Source: a virus. Taken from it: a stretch of DNA of 64,000 bases. Of this stretch, positions 38,701-47,906 are shown in pieces; within the stretch, counting starts at the first letter, position 1, and the number at the start of each line of letters is the position of its first letter. The notes under the pieces are model-generated. The model had not been told where the DNA came from and ran no database searches. It saw only the letters and a list, made by a program, of their open reading frames with translations. The stretch lies in IMG/VR virus record IMGVR_UViG_3300028416_000485, one strand, 5' to 3'. The position numbers and the translations under genes are program-made.

Positions 38701-41700
38701 TACGATTGTTGATCACGGCTTTTCAAATGGTCAAAAAGTTATATATGATCCAGATGGCAACGCTCCGATCAAAGGACTTGATGCAGAACAAACTTACTAT
38801 ATTAAAATTGTCAACGACGACGAGTTTGGTCTAACGTTTGATGAATCAGGAGACTTTGATGTTAATATTATTGCAGCAGGTGCAAATACTCACAAGTTTT
38901 TCTCAAATGTTATTGAATTCTTTGTTGAAGAAATATTAAACTCTCATACAACATACCAGACACTTATATTAGAATCTGGAGCAGAAAGTTATGAGTTTGT
39001 TCCTGGTCGTGCTATTTCAGGTACAACAGGCGTGAATAATAACAGTGCTATTGTTACAAAATGGGAACCAAGAGAACGTAGACTAGTTGTAAGTATTGAA
39101 CAAGTTGCAGTTGGTTCGAGTGTTCTTAGAGTTCAGTTTGACGAAACAAGTATTATCGGACAAGATCATGCAAGTAGTCCAAATTCAACTATCGGTGTTA
39201 ACGAAGTAGCTACAAAGCTAGGTTTAGGTACAGCAACGTTTACCCTTACTGCTACAGATGGTAGTAGTAGTTTAACTAACACTTCAAATCTTCCAGAAAA
39301 TCAACTATGGTTCCACAGACCAAGTATTGTTAACTCGTCTTCACACACTTGGGAATATGCCGGTTCAGGCGTTGACTACAACGCATTACCGCAAAACGGT
39401 GGTAATACAAGAACAGAGTTTGAACAGTTTGAAGAACTTCCGGGACGTGTTTACTCATCAGGTACAAACGAACTTGGTGACTTTAAAGTTGGTGACTTTA
39501 TTACAGCGTTCAACAGAACAGGTAACATTACCTTTAGAAACAAAGTGCAGGTGGACGAACTTGATGCGTTGAGACTAAGTCTTAGTGATGTTGCTATTGA
39601 AGAGATTTCAACTAGTGTTAACTTAGGTGACGACGAACTTGGCGGTCCAAGTGATGCTCGAATGGTTACACAGTTAGCAGTACGTTCGTTTATTAATAAT
39701 AGACTTGGCGGCTTTGTTGATAAATCAGTTAGTACAGCAGCCGTACCAGGCGCTATTGTTCAGCTTAACACCAACGGTCAGTTGAACGGCGACCTTATTC
39801 CGGCTACACGTCAGTTTACCAACACTAACACACAAGGTTATCTATCACGACTTGAACAAGTTGATGATATTCCACCAACTGACTTGAAAGCTGGTGATAT
39901 TGCTACTGAGAACTACGAGCAAGTTGAACTTACTCTAAGTGGAAATATTTTAAATGTAGCCAACGGCGACACTATTACACAGCCTGGTATTGAAGGTGCT
40001 GTTGCATACGCAAAAGGTGCATATCCATCAAGTGGTAACATACTTGTTGCTAGTGTTCCGGGAGCATGGGACGATACTGATGATAGTACTGGCGACCCAT
40101 GGGACGTAAGTGGAACAGCGCCAAACTTGTTTGTTAACGGTGTTGATTCAGGAGTTCGCCCAACTGCAAAAGGTGCAGTATCAGAGATTGTTGATAACTT
40201 CTTCTTACGTAGTTCAAACAGCAGTCAATTCTTAATACTTGATCCAGATGTTGATTACACATTTACTAGTGCAGTTATCACTAATGTTGCAAGAACAAGT
40301 AATATTGCTACAATCACAACAAGCGGAGCTCATAACTTACAAATCGACAACAATGTACAGGTACTAGTACCAGATGATACAACATACAACGAAAATACAT
40401 TAGTATTAAGTATACCAACAGCAACTACGTTTACTATTGCAAGTGAAGGCGACAACGAAAGTATAAAATCAGTACCAGGTACTGCACGTACTATTGTTAC
40501 ATCAGCAGATGGTAATGCTCAAGGCGCAGTGACAGAAGTAAGATATGGCGTGTTAACTGGAGTCGACAACGGAGCTATTACAAGCGGCTCAGGATATACA
40601 CCTACTAACGGAACACTAGTATATAAAGACGTAGCATTTACAAACAACTCAGGATCAGGATCTGGTGCAACAGCAGACGTTACTGTTACAGCAGGACAAG
40701 TTACCGATGTTGATATAAAAACAGGCGGTACTGGTTACGACATTGGCGATTTACTTAGTGTTGCTGCATCGAGCGTTGGAGGCACTGGTAGCGGCTTTGA
40801 AATAGAAGTTGTAAGTTTTGAAAAACGTGCATATGTTAATATATTAGGTGGCGAGCTTTATGTTGCTAGTGCATCGAGTATTGACTTTGTTGAAGATAAC
40901 ACAGCAGTACAAAATGCAAAAACTATTAACTTAGACGACTTTATTGAAAATAACTTCTTAGCTGGTGTTAGCGGATCAGGTGGTGCAGTTAACTATACTG
41001 ATTCTCGTATTATTGTAACAAATCACGGGTTTGAAAATGGTGATCCGGTAACCTATAATACTAATGGTAACGTTGCAATCGGCGGCCTAGTAAACGGTTT
41101 AGTTTATTATGCTAAAAAGATTGATGCAGATACATTTGAATTGTATTCAGGATTTGCATTGTTAAATCAGATAGACTTTACAAGTACTCCTGCTAACAAT
41201 GCACACACGCTTACAAGAAGAACAGTTAATACAGTTGATAATAGTGTTATAACATTAAATCATGGATTTACAACTGGTGATGCTATTAGAGTTGAATCGT
41301 TATCAGACGGAAGTTCGTCAAACGAACTGTTTAGTGTTAATGCAGAAGCTACACCAACAGGCTCAAGATTCTTTGTAGGATCTGTAACAACTAACAGCTA
41401 TACACTTCACGCACTACGTAGTGACGCATTGAGTAGTGCTAACGACCTAGTAACCAATCCAAAACTTATTGACGGCATTGGCGTAGGTAGTGCTTTGATT
41501 ATTCAAAACAACGTACAAGTTAATGGTGTTATTAATACTTCAAGTAGATTGCTTGCAAACTGGAACACACTTGCTGTGACAAACATTGATGCTGAAAATA
41601 TTATTTCAGGTACTATTAGTCCAAGCAGACTTGGAGCAAGTGGTGTTCCAAACAGTGATACAGCATTGTTTGGTGATAGTGCATATAAAAATGTTGTACA

Positions 41701-44700
41701 AACACTTAAAAAACAAAATACAACTGACAATCCTATTACACTAACAGGAAGTAGTTCAGGAGGAGAATTCTACGGAGATCCAGTTCAGATTGGTATTGCT
41801 AACGTTGACCTTGATCCGCTAGGCACATTCTCAACACTAGGTACAAGTAGATTCTTGCAATCACAGTTTGATGTTGCCAATGATGGCAGCGGCCAGGTCT
41901 TTATTAAAGATGCGGTTGTTGATGCTGGTACATTAGACGGTCTTGATAGTGCTTACTTCTTAAACCCAGCTAACTTAACAAGCCTTGTACCAGTTGCAAG
42001 AGGCGGAACAAATATTAGTACATACGCTATTGGTGATTTGATTTACGCACAAACAACAGGTAGTTTAAACACTCTCAATATTGGTAGAAACAATAGTTTC
42101 TTAAAATCAAATGGTGTTACACCAGAATGGGGAACAGCACTTGATCTATCAGAAGGTCTTGATGTTGGTAACGCTTCACTTAACTCGTCTAGTACTGGTA
42201 GCGGTAGTGTTTATAATGCAAATGTTACAAGTATAGAAATAGGCAGCGATGCAACTAATATTAAGATTGGTAACGCAGATACTACACGCAACTTGTTAAC
42301 ATTTATTGACGGGTATGAAGCAACTATCTCTCAAGATGTTGTAGTTAATCTTAGTAGTGTTACTGTAAGTACAAACGGAGTTACAGCTAACCAAGAAACT
42401 GAAATACCAATGTCAGATACATCAACTATTTTAGCAGGTATGCTTGTTACAGGTAGTGCAAGTATTCCTTCAAATACTGTAGTTAATGGTGTTACAGATG
42501 AGTTTATATATCTAAGTAATAAAACTACAGGTACTATTACAAACTCAACTACACTGTCATTTACATTTACACCAAAAACATTAGGTACAAAAGTTGGCGA
42601 TACTATTAATATTTCTGGCAGTGCAGTAACAAACTTAGACGGTAGTTGGCCAGTTGTTGGCGCAACTGATATTGCAACATCGTTTACTATCAGAACAGAT
42701 GCTAATGTTACATCCGATCCATTAGACGTTGTACAGGGTACAATTAATATCGGTAATAATATGATTATTAGAAATAGTACTGTAGTATTTGGTAATGCAG
42801 AAGCAAGCGAAACACCAACTACTTCTACAATCAAAGGCACTAGCGGTATTGGAAATAATGTTGCAGGTGGCGCTATTACTATCGAAGGCGGAAGCGGAAC
42901 AGGTAATGCAACCGGCGGCGATGTAGTTATTAAAACTGGCGAAGTTTCAACGTCAGGTGATATTGAACATACAGTGCAAACACGTTTAACTATTGATACC
43001 AGCGGCAAAGCTACATTCACTGGTGAAGTTGAAGTTGATGCTGTAGTAAGCACAAGCGAAACAACTGTTGCGCTATTAAATGATACTGCTACAACTATTA
43101 ATATGGCAGGAGAAGCAACAGCAATCAATGTAGGTGCATCAACAGGTAAAACTACTATTGCACACGATGTCGATGTTAATGGCGGAGACTTAGACACCAA
43201 CCAAGCAACATTTAACTTGTTGGCAACTCCGACAACTGTTAACATTGCAGCAGCAGGAACAACAGTTAATATTGGTACTGGTGGTGACGGTGGCGGCACA
43301 ACTACTATCGGACACGACTTGGTTGTCACCGGAGACCTAACAGTTAATGGTGATACTACAACTATTAATAGTACAACACTCACAGTTGACGATCTTAACA
43401 TTGTTGTAGCAAGCGGTGCTGCCAACGGCGCAGCAGCAAACGGTGCTGGTATTACAGTTGATGGTGCAAACGCTACACTAACTTGGGATAATGCAAATAC
43501 TAGTTGGGATTCAAGTGAAGACTTTAACCTAGCAAGTGGAAAAGCATATTACATTAATGATGCAGATGTACTTAATAGTACAACACTAGGAAGTGCAGTT
43601 GTTAACAGTAGTTTACAAACATTAGGAACTATCGGAACTGGTACATGGCAAGGTAGTGTTATTAGCAGCACATACGGCGGCACTGGAGTTAACAATAGTG
43701 GCCGCACTATTACTATTGGTGGCAACTTTACACACACTGGTTCACATACATTAGGATTAACAACAACTGGAAATACTAGTGTAACACTACCAACAAGCGG
43801 TACACTTGCTATCACAGGTAATCCATTAAGTCAGTTTGCAGCAACTACAAGTGCTCAGCTACGCGGAGTAATAAGCGATGAAACAGGAACAGGCGCAGCA
43901 GTATTTGCTACATCTCCAAGTTTTACTACTGGTATTAATGCTGCAAGTGCTACAATGGCATTGTTCGACACAACTGCAACATCAATCAACATGGGTGGCG
44001 CAGCAACTAGCGTTGAGATTGGTGCAGCAACTGGCACAACAACCATACACAATAACTTAGATGTAGATCTAGATGTTAATGTCGACGGTGGCGATATTAC
44101 CACAAATGCAGCAACATTTAACCTAATCAACGCAACTGCAACTACACTTAATGTAGGCGGCGCCGCAACAACAGTTACAGCAGGTGCTACAACAGGTAAC
44201 TTTAACATTAGAAACTCAAATGTTAACTTATCAGGCAACTTATTTGTAAACGGTACAACACTTGATACAGATGAAACAGGTACATTTAACTTACTCAAAG
44301 ATAATGCTACAACACTAGCATTTGCTCAAGCAGCAACTGAGATTGTAGTTGGTGAAACTAAAGCAGCAGCAGATTTAGCAGGTGCTTTAGGCGAAATGGT
44401 TGTACGTATGGATTTACGTACAAATACTGATATGTATATTGATGGTGAGTTATTTGTTAGTGCTATCAACAATACACCAATAGGTAACATAACACCAAGC
44501 AGTGGTGCATTTACTACACTAGCTTCAAATAACCTAGTAACATTTACTGATGGTACAAATGCAACAGGCGCAACATTTGCAGGAGGTAGTGCAGCAGTTA
44601 AAATAACAGGCGGTTTGTATGTAAACAAAGATATACGTGCAGACAACTTTATTGGTGATATGAGTGCTGCTTTCTTAACAAGCGGAACTATTCCAGATGC

Positions 44701-46669
44701 ACGTATACAAGCAAGTGGTGTTACTCAACACCAGTTGAGTCTTACAGGTACAGGTATACTTAATGCCGGTAGTATTAATACTGGATTTGGTAATATCAAC
44801 ATCGGTACAAGTATATTCTCCGGCAACGGTAGTGGTTTAACAACACTAAATGCAAGTAACTTGAGTACTGGTACTGTAGCAGATGGTAGAATATCATCAA
44901 GTAGTGTAACACAACACCAAGGTGATATTACAGGAACAGGTATACTAAACAGTGGTAGTGTTACTAGCGGCTTTGGTAGTATCGATATCGGTACAAGTAC
45001 ATTTACTGGTAACGGTAGCGGTTTAACAACACTAAACGCAAGTAACTTGAGTACTGGTACTGTTAGTGGTAGTAGACTTGGTGGCAACCAAAGTATGGCT
45101 GGTATAAAAACATTTAGCAACACTAGTGCTTCTACAAGTACTACAACAGGTGCTGTTAGAATAACTGGTGGTTTAGGTGTTAACGGCGATGTATATGCTA
45201 CTTCACTTAATACAGCAAGTGGAGGTGGCATCCAAGGCTTGAGTGCAAGCAACTTATCCACCGGAACAGTGCCAAACGCAAGAGTTACAGGAACATACAG
45301 TAACCTAACTGGAACTGGCGCACTTGCTGCTGGTGAGATAACAACAACATTTGGTAATGTTAATATTGGTACAAGTACATTTACTGGTAACGGTAGCGGA
45401 CTTACTAATGTAGATGCAGACACATTAGATGGTGTTGATGGTAGCAACTATTTACGTAGTAATACTGCTGATACAATGACAGGCTTACTAACAATGTCAC
45501 ATGCTGGCGATGAAATGATTCGCTTGCAAGATACAAGTGCTACTGGTAATCCGTATATTAGTTGGTATCAGTCAAGTACAAGACGTGCTTACATGCAGTA
45601 TAGAGATAGCGATGATAGTCTGTACATTAAAAACGAAGGTGCTAATACTGCACTTGAGCTTGATAATGGAACCAGCGGATTAATATTCCAAAACGGTAGT
45701 ACCAACTATACTGTGTGGCACAGCGGCAACGACGGTGCAGGTAGCGGACTAGATGCTGACCAACTTGACGGACTTAGTAGCGGATCGTTTATACGTAGTG
45801 ATGCAAATGATGCATTTAGTGGAACACTAAGTGGTGCTGGTGGTATTAACATTACAGGAAACATTACTGCTAACGCATTTACAGGTGATGGTAGTGGTCT
45901 AACTGGCATTAGTGCCGATGATGCCAACACACTTGACGGCATTGACAGTTCAGGATTTGTAAGAGCTACAGGTTCAACAACACAAACTATTAATGGTACA
46001 AAACGTTTCGACAACGGAACAAGTACTACTGTTTTAATCAAATGTGATGACGCAGGTAATGCGTTCTTAAATGTTAGTGGTGATAGCCAAGGTACCGGAC
46101 GAGTCTATGTAGGACAAAGTGACAGTTACGGTGGCGGTATTGAATACAACGGTGACGGCAATCCTGCTACAACTGGAGCAGGGTCTGATCTTATTACACT
46201 ATGGAGAAGATCAAATGGTACTGATGAATGGACAGCTAGAAACAGTTACAACGACAACAACTGGGCTTTCAGAGGTGAACTTACAGCATATGCTTCTGAT
46301 AAAAGACTGAAAAATGTTAGTGGTAATATTGAAAATGCACTCGATAAAGTAAATGCGCTAAACGGTGTACTTTATACCTGGAATGAAAAATCAATAGAAC
46401 ATGGGTTTAAAGACGAAGTAGATGATACAGTTGAAGCAGGATTACTTGCTCAAGAAGTTCAAGCAGTATTACCAGAAGTAGTTGTACCAGCACCGTTTGA
46501 TGATATCAATGGTAAAAGTGCATCAGGCGAAGATTATCTAACTGTTAAGTATGAACGTATAGTACCATTACTAGTTGAAGCAATCAAAGAAGCAGATGTT
46601 AAAGCAGAAGCACAAGCAGCCGAGATTGCAGAACTTCGTACAATGGTACAAAAACTACTGGATAAATAA
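35780..46669 (+). CDS. Giant tail fibre (~3629 aa): Mtd-N-like start, beta-helix, 3 CxRD repeats, long beta-repeats, C-terminal peptidase S74 intramolecular chaperone
   Basis: MATTIRHKRS..GKKPT...L..GELALNTADGK; SDKRLK...ALDKV..LNGV.YTW...GLLAQEVQAVLPEVV...Y.RIVPLLVEAIKE; start at ATG 35780 after GGAGG. Confidence 0.88.
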   Translation: MATTIRHKRSAVAGKKPTIAQLQSGELALNTADGKVYLLRDDNTVQDITKRIFEGNSEIKIDDLADSTEAAITMTVNDVDKMTITNAGFNIKDNIDIEDAGKLTFRELTASGEDGVSIKAPNTLDAGYQLTLPPNSGSIGQLMSVDANGNLSFSDADIFGGNVIYVSQEQGDDENDGQSAPVKTIKRACQLASAQVYNADSTINFKRINIKVAVGDYTEDNPVIVPDNTVIKGDGLRGCIIRPANANLDMLRVRNACYFGEFTFRDGVDSNFVPLITADYAVAFDDPDATDIPDRADYPNLPSTKPTITTSPYIQNASIISFLGMNGAKIDGSKVESPNVPFNQIEAENPVVGAIPEQGKSMVANAFTILSFGGTAWRLTNDAYAQIVSCFEIFLLNGVYTQSGGYCSITNSATNFGLYALRSSGYSPKAFQFDRAFVTATGQSEGKQTITIAGINRDTPVEEFVLRFREPDYKTAHDLLKLNKDIIANDVVTWINAQIAAASPSIWAGFTYNEDKCRRDVQRLIDAVRYDFLFNSNHRSVSAALRYFSGSFAGNVFAAQKDQHIAAFGQAKAFTANALPDPTATSRANALWDEIIDIVTNGDANTVPGDSVAAAYSRPLPTGGTNNASDAGFENAVLQINANKTFLQKELTAWLNAEIAAANPPFESGFVYNEAKCERDTGLIIDALSYDLTYGGNLQTLVASLAYFIDGVAQYGTGQQEETVAAYGRLKEAIQQVIQEQSVTVTAGNTETQDVSGTAGSEAAADYAADRIDEIIDYLNSAGATPPARIEPDITWTTATLQDNFNGLGTVTQINIAQNVTQFINEQIQANIWYGFTYDSAKCNRDTQLIVEAVAQDTWDTGNRYSRSAGLAYYTANLQDSSRISISGQELQTIAAIEQAKVEALSYITSVSSAVQDFASSRFDIVNTIINDPNDLPNPTEVSSEGDVTNDFKTTPTETTFDAATAVNAEVDIITIVDHGFSNGQKVIYDPDGNAPIKGLDAEQTYYIKIVNDDEFGLTFDESGDFDVNIIAAGANTHKFFSNVIEFFVEEILNSHTTYQTLILESGAESYEFVPGRAISGTTGVNNNSAIVTKWEPRERRLVVSIEQVAVGSSVLRVQFDETSIIGQDHASSPNSTIGVNEVATKLGLGTATFTLTATDGSSSLTNTSNLPENQLWFHRPSIVNSSSHTWEYAGSGVDYNALPQNGGNTRTEFEQFEELPGRVYSSGTNELGDFKVGDFITAFNRTGNITFRNKVQVDELDALRLSLSDVAIEEISTSVNLGDDELGGPSDARMVTQLAVRSFINNRLGGFVDKSVSTAAVPGAIVQLNTNGQLNGDLIPATRQFTNTNTQGYLSRLEQVDDIPPTDLKAGDIATENYEQVELTLSGNILNVANGDTITQPGIEGAVAYAKGAYPSSGNILVASVPGAWDDTDDSTGDPWDVSGTAPNLFVNGVDSGVRPTAKGAVSEIVDNFFLRSSNSSQFLILDPDVDYTFTSAVITNVARTSNIATITTSGAHNLQIDNNVQVLVPDDTTYNENTLVLSIPTATTFTIASEGDNESIKSVPGTARTIVTSADGNAQGAVTEVRYGVLTGVDNGAITSGSGYTPTNGTLVYKDVAFTNNSGSGSGATADVTVTAGQVTDVDIKTGGTGYDIGDLLSVAASSVGGTGSGFEIEVVSFEKRAYVNILGGELYVASASSIDFVEDNTAVQNAKTINLDDFIENNFLAGVSGSGGAVNYTDSRIIVTNHGFENGDPVTYNTNGNVAIGGLVNGLVYYAKKIDADTFELYSGFALLNQIDFTSTPANNAHTLTRRTVNTVDNSVITLNHGFTTGDAIRVESLSDGSSSNELFSVNAEATPTGSRFFVGSVTTNSYTLHALRSDALSSANDLVTNPKLIDGIGVGSALIIQNNVQVNGVINTSSRLLANWNTLAVTNIDAENIISGTISPSRLGASGVPNSDTALFGDSAYKNVVQTLKKQNTTDNPITLTGSSSGGEFYGDPVQIGIANVDLDPLGTFSTLGTSRFLQSQFDVANDGSGQVFIKDAVVDAGTLDGLDSAYFLNPANLTSLVPVARGGTNISTYAIGDLIYAQTTGSLNTLNIGRNNSFLKSNGVTPEWGTALDLSEGLDVGNASLNSSSTGSGSVYNANVTSIEIGSDATNIKIGNADTTRNLLTFIDGYEATISQDVVVNLSSVTVSTNGVTANQETEIPMSDTSTILAGMLVTGSASIPSNTVVNGVTDEFIYLSNKTTGTITNSTTLSFTFTPKTLGTKVGDTINISGSAVTNLDGSWPVVGATDIATSFTIRTDANVTSDPLDVVQGTINIGNNMIIRNSTVVFGNAEASETPTTSTIKGTSGIGNNVAGGAITIEGGSGTGNATGGDVVIKTGEVSTSGDIEHTVQTRLTIDTSGKATFTGEVEVDAVVSTSETTVALLNDTATTINMAGEATAINVGASTGKTTIAHDVDVNGGDLDTNQATFNLLATPTTVNIAAAGTTVNIGTGGDGGGTTTIGHDLVVTGDLTVNGDTTTINSTTLTVDDLNIVVASGAANGAAANGAGITVDGANATLTWDNANTSWDSSEDFNLASGKAYYINDADVLNSTTLGSAVVNSSLQTLGTIGTGTWQGSVISSTYGGTGVNNSGRTITIGGNFTHTGSHTLGLTTTGNTSVTLPTSGTLAITGNPLSQFAATTSAQLRGVISDETGTGAAVFATSPSFTTGINAASATMALFDTTATSINMGGAATSVEIGAATGTTTIHNNLDVDLDVNVDGGDITTNAATFNLINATATTLNVGGAATTVTAGATTGNFNIRNSNVNLSGNLFVNGTTLDTDETGTFNLLKDNATTLAFAQAATEIVVGETKAAADLAGALGEMVVRMDLRTNTDMYIDGELFVSAINNTPIGNITPSSGAFTTLASNNLVTFTDGTNATGATFAGGSAAVKITGGLYVNKDIRADNFIGDMSAAFLTSGTIPDARIQASGVTQHQLSLTGTGILNAGSINTGFGNINIGTSIFSGNGSGLTTLNASNLSTGTVADGRISSSSVTQHQGDITGTGILNSGSVTSGFGSIDIGTSTFTGNGSGLTTLNASNLSTGTVSGSRLGGNQSMAGIKTFSNTSASTSTTTGAVRITGGLGVNGDVYATSLNTASGGGIQGLSASNLSTGTVPNARVTGTYSNLTGTGALAAGEITTTFGNVNIGTSTFTGNGSGLTNVDADTLDGVDGSNYLRSNTADTMTGLLTMSHAGDEMIRLQDTSATGNPYISWYQSSTRRAYMQYRDSDDSLYIKNEGANTALELDNGTSGLIFQNGSTNYTVWHSGNDGAGSGLDADQLDGLSSGSFIRSDANDAFSGTLSGAGGINITGNITANAFTGDGSGLTGISADDANTLDGIDSSGFVRATGSTTQTINGTKRFDNGTSTTVLIKCDDAGNAFLNVSGDSQGTGRVYVGQSDSYGGGIEYNGDGNPATTGAGSDLITLWRRSNGTDEWTARNSYNDNNWAFRGELTAYASDKRLKNVSGNIENALDKVNALNGVLYTWNEKSIEHGFKDEVDDTVEAGLLAQEVQAVLPEVVVPAPFDDINGKSASGEDYLTVKYERIVPLLVEAIKEADVKAEAQAAEIAELRTMVQKLLDK

Positions 46670-46672
46670 TAC

Positions 46673-46700
46673 AAAGGATAGCCACATTGTGGCTATCTTT
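46673..46700 (+). terminator. Hairpin/terminator after tail fibre
   Basis: AAAGGATAGCCAC-ATT-GTGGCTATCTTT. Confidence 0.7.
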
Positions 46701-46702
46701 AC

Positions 46703-46731
46703 TTGACACTGCTTAAATAATGTGTTATATT
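46703..46731 (+). promoter_or_regulatory. Sigma70-type promoter (with embedded TAAATA)
   Basis: TTGACA-17nt-TATATT. Confidence 0.7.
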
Positions 46732-46754
46732 AATAGAGAGAAATAGGAAGTAAT

Positions 46755-46931
46755 ATGGCATTACCAGCAACAGGTTCGACTATAACAATGTCTCAAATCC
46801 GCAACTATTTTAGTGCGGGTAATAGTACTATTGCTATTGGTACATTAGGAACTTACATTGGTATTAGTGTAGGCAATACTATTAGTATGAGCTCTAGTTT
46901 TGGTGGCTACTATTTCCCAATATTACCATAA
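46755..46931 (+). CDS. 58-aa Ser/Thr/Gly-rich protein resembling N-terminus of tail-fibre tip (gp38-like) adhesins
   Basis: Below ORF-track cutoff: MALPATGSTITMSQIRNYFSAGNSTIAIGTLGTYIGISVGNTISMSSSFGGYYFPILP*; AGGA RBS. Confidence 0.7.
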   Translation: MALPATGSTITMSQIRNYFSAGNSTIAIGTLGTYIGISVGNTISMSSSFGGYYFPILP

Positions 46932-46942
46932 AAGGAAACAAA

Positions 46943-47320
46943 ATGAAAACATTATACGAAGTATTAAATGTAGACCTTGCACAAGAGTATACTAAAGAAC
47001 GTAAAAAAGAAGTAGCAACATCACTTAACCTTGATGGCGATCTTCACGAAGCTGTTTTTGCAGCTATTGACGATATGATTATTCCAAACGACGATGATAG
47101 ACTCCACTGGATTCAAAAGTTTGGAAGAGCCGCAGGCGCTGACTTACTTACACTAGGTAAAGTACAACCCGAAAGCATGATAGCTATGGCTTGTTTGCCA
47201 GCAGAAGATTTTAAAGAAGCTGTTAAGATTGCAACAAGTGCTGCAAGAACTTGGAACGACTATACTGTACAAGCTGAAAAAGATTTAAACGAAGAAACTA
47301 TGCCATCAACAATGTTGTAA
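46943..47320 (+). CDS. Hypothetical protein
   Basis: 125 aa, AAGGA RBS, in operon with glycosyltransferases. Confidence 0.7.
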   Translation: MKTLYEVLNVDLAQEYTKERKKEVATSLNLDGDLHEAVFAAIDDMIIPNDDDRLHWIQKFGRAAGADLLTLGKVQPESMIAMACLPAEDFKEAVKIATSAARTWNDYTVQAEKDLNEETMPSTML

Positions 47321-47321
47321 T

Positions 47322-47906
47322 ATGAAACTAAGTATTTGTGTTCCATCACGAGACGAAGTTCATATAGGATTTACACGCAGTCTTTGTAACTTAACAAATA
47401 GATTAACAAAGCAAAATGTTGACTTTGATCTGCATATTGTTTGCGGCAGCGTGATTATTGAAAGTCGAACTGCACTAGTAAAAGAAGCATTAGAAAATAA
47501 TGCAACGCATATACTGTGGCTTGATAGCGATATGCATTTTCCAGCAAACGTATTTGATAAACTATATGAACATCAAAAAGATATTGTTGCAGCACAATAC
47601 AGTACACGATATGCTCCGTATCGTACTGTAGCATTTACTGATTATGAAAATGCAGACAATAGACTAGATGCTAGTTTTGGATTGCACAAGGTATGGGCAG
47701 TTGGTATGGGATGTATGTTGGTTAATACCGATGTGTATAATAACTTGCCAAAGCCGTGGTTTGATCACGAATACAATAAACGACTAGACACTTTCAGCGG
47801 AGAGGATATATACTTTTGTAATCAAGCAATGCATCATGGTTATGAAGTATGGATAGACGCAAGTATTAAACTTGCACATTTTGGAACAAAGGCAAACGTG
47901 TTATGA
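47322..47906 (+). CDS. Glycosyltransferase, GT-A fold (GT2-like)
   Basis: LSICVPS, R..LVKEAL..ATHILWLDSDMHFP (DxD), VGMGCMLV, GEDIYFC, H.GT. Confidence 0.8.
   Translation: MKLSICVPSRDEVHIGFTRSLCNLTNRLTKQNVDFDLHIVCGSVIIESRTALVKEALENNATHILWLDSDMHFPANVFDKLYEHQKDIVAAQYSTRYAPYRTVAFTDYENADNRLDASFGLHKVWAVGMGCMLVNTDVYNNLPKPWFDHEYNKRLDTFSGEDIYFCNQAMHHGYEVWIDASIKLAHFGTKANVL

Noticed and set aside
35780-46931. Diversity-generating retroelement (Mtd-like N-terminus on the fibre)
   Set aside because: No reverse transcriptase and no TR/VR pair differing at adenines seen; the fibre ends in an S74 chaperone, not a C-type lectin VR
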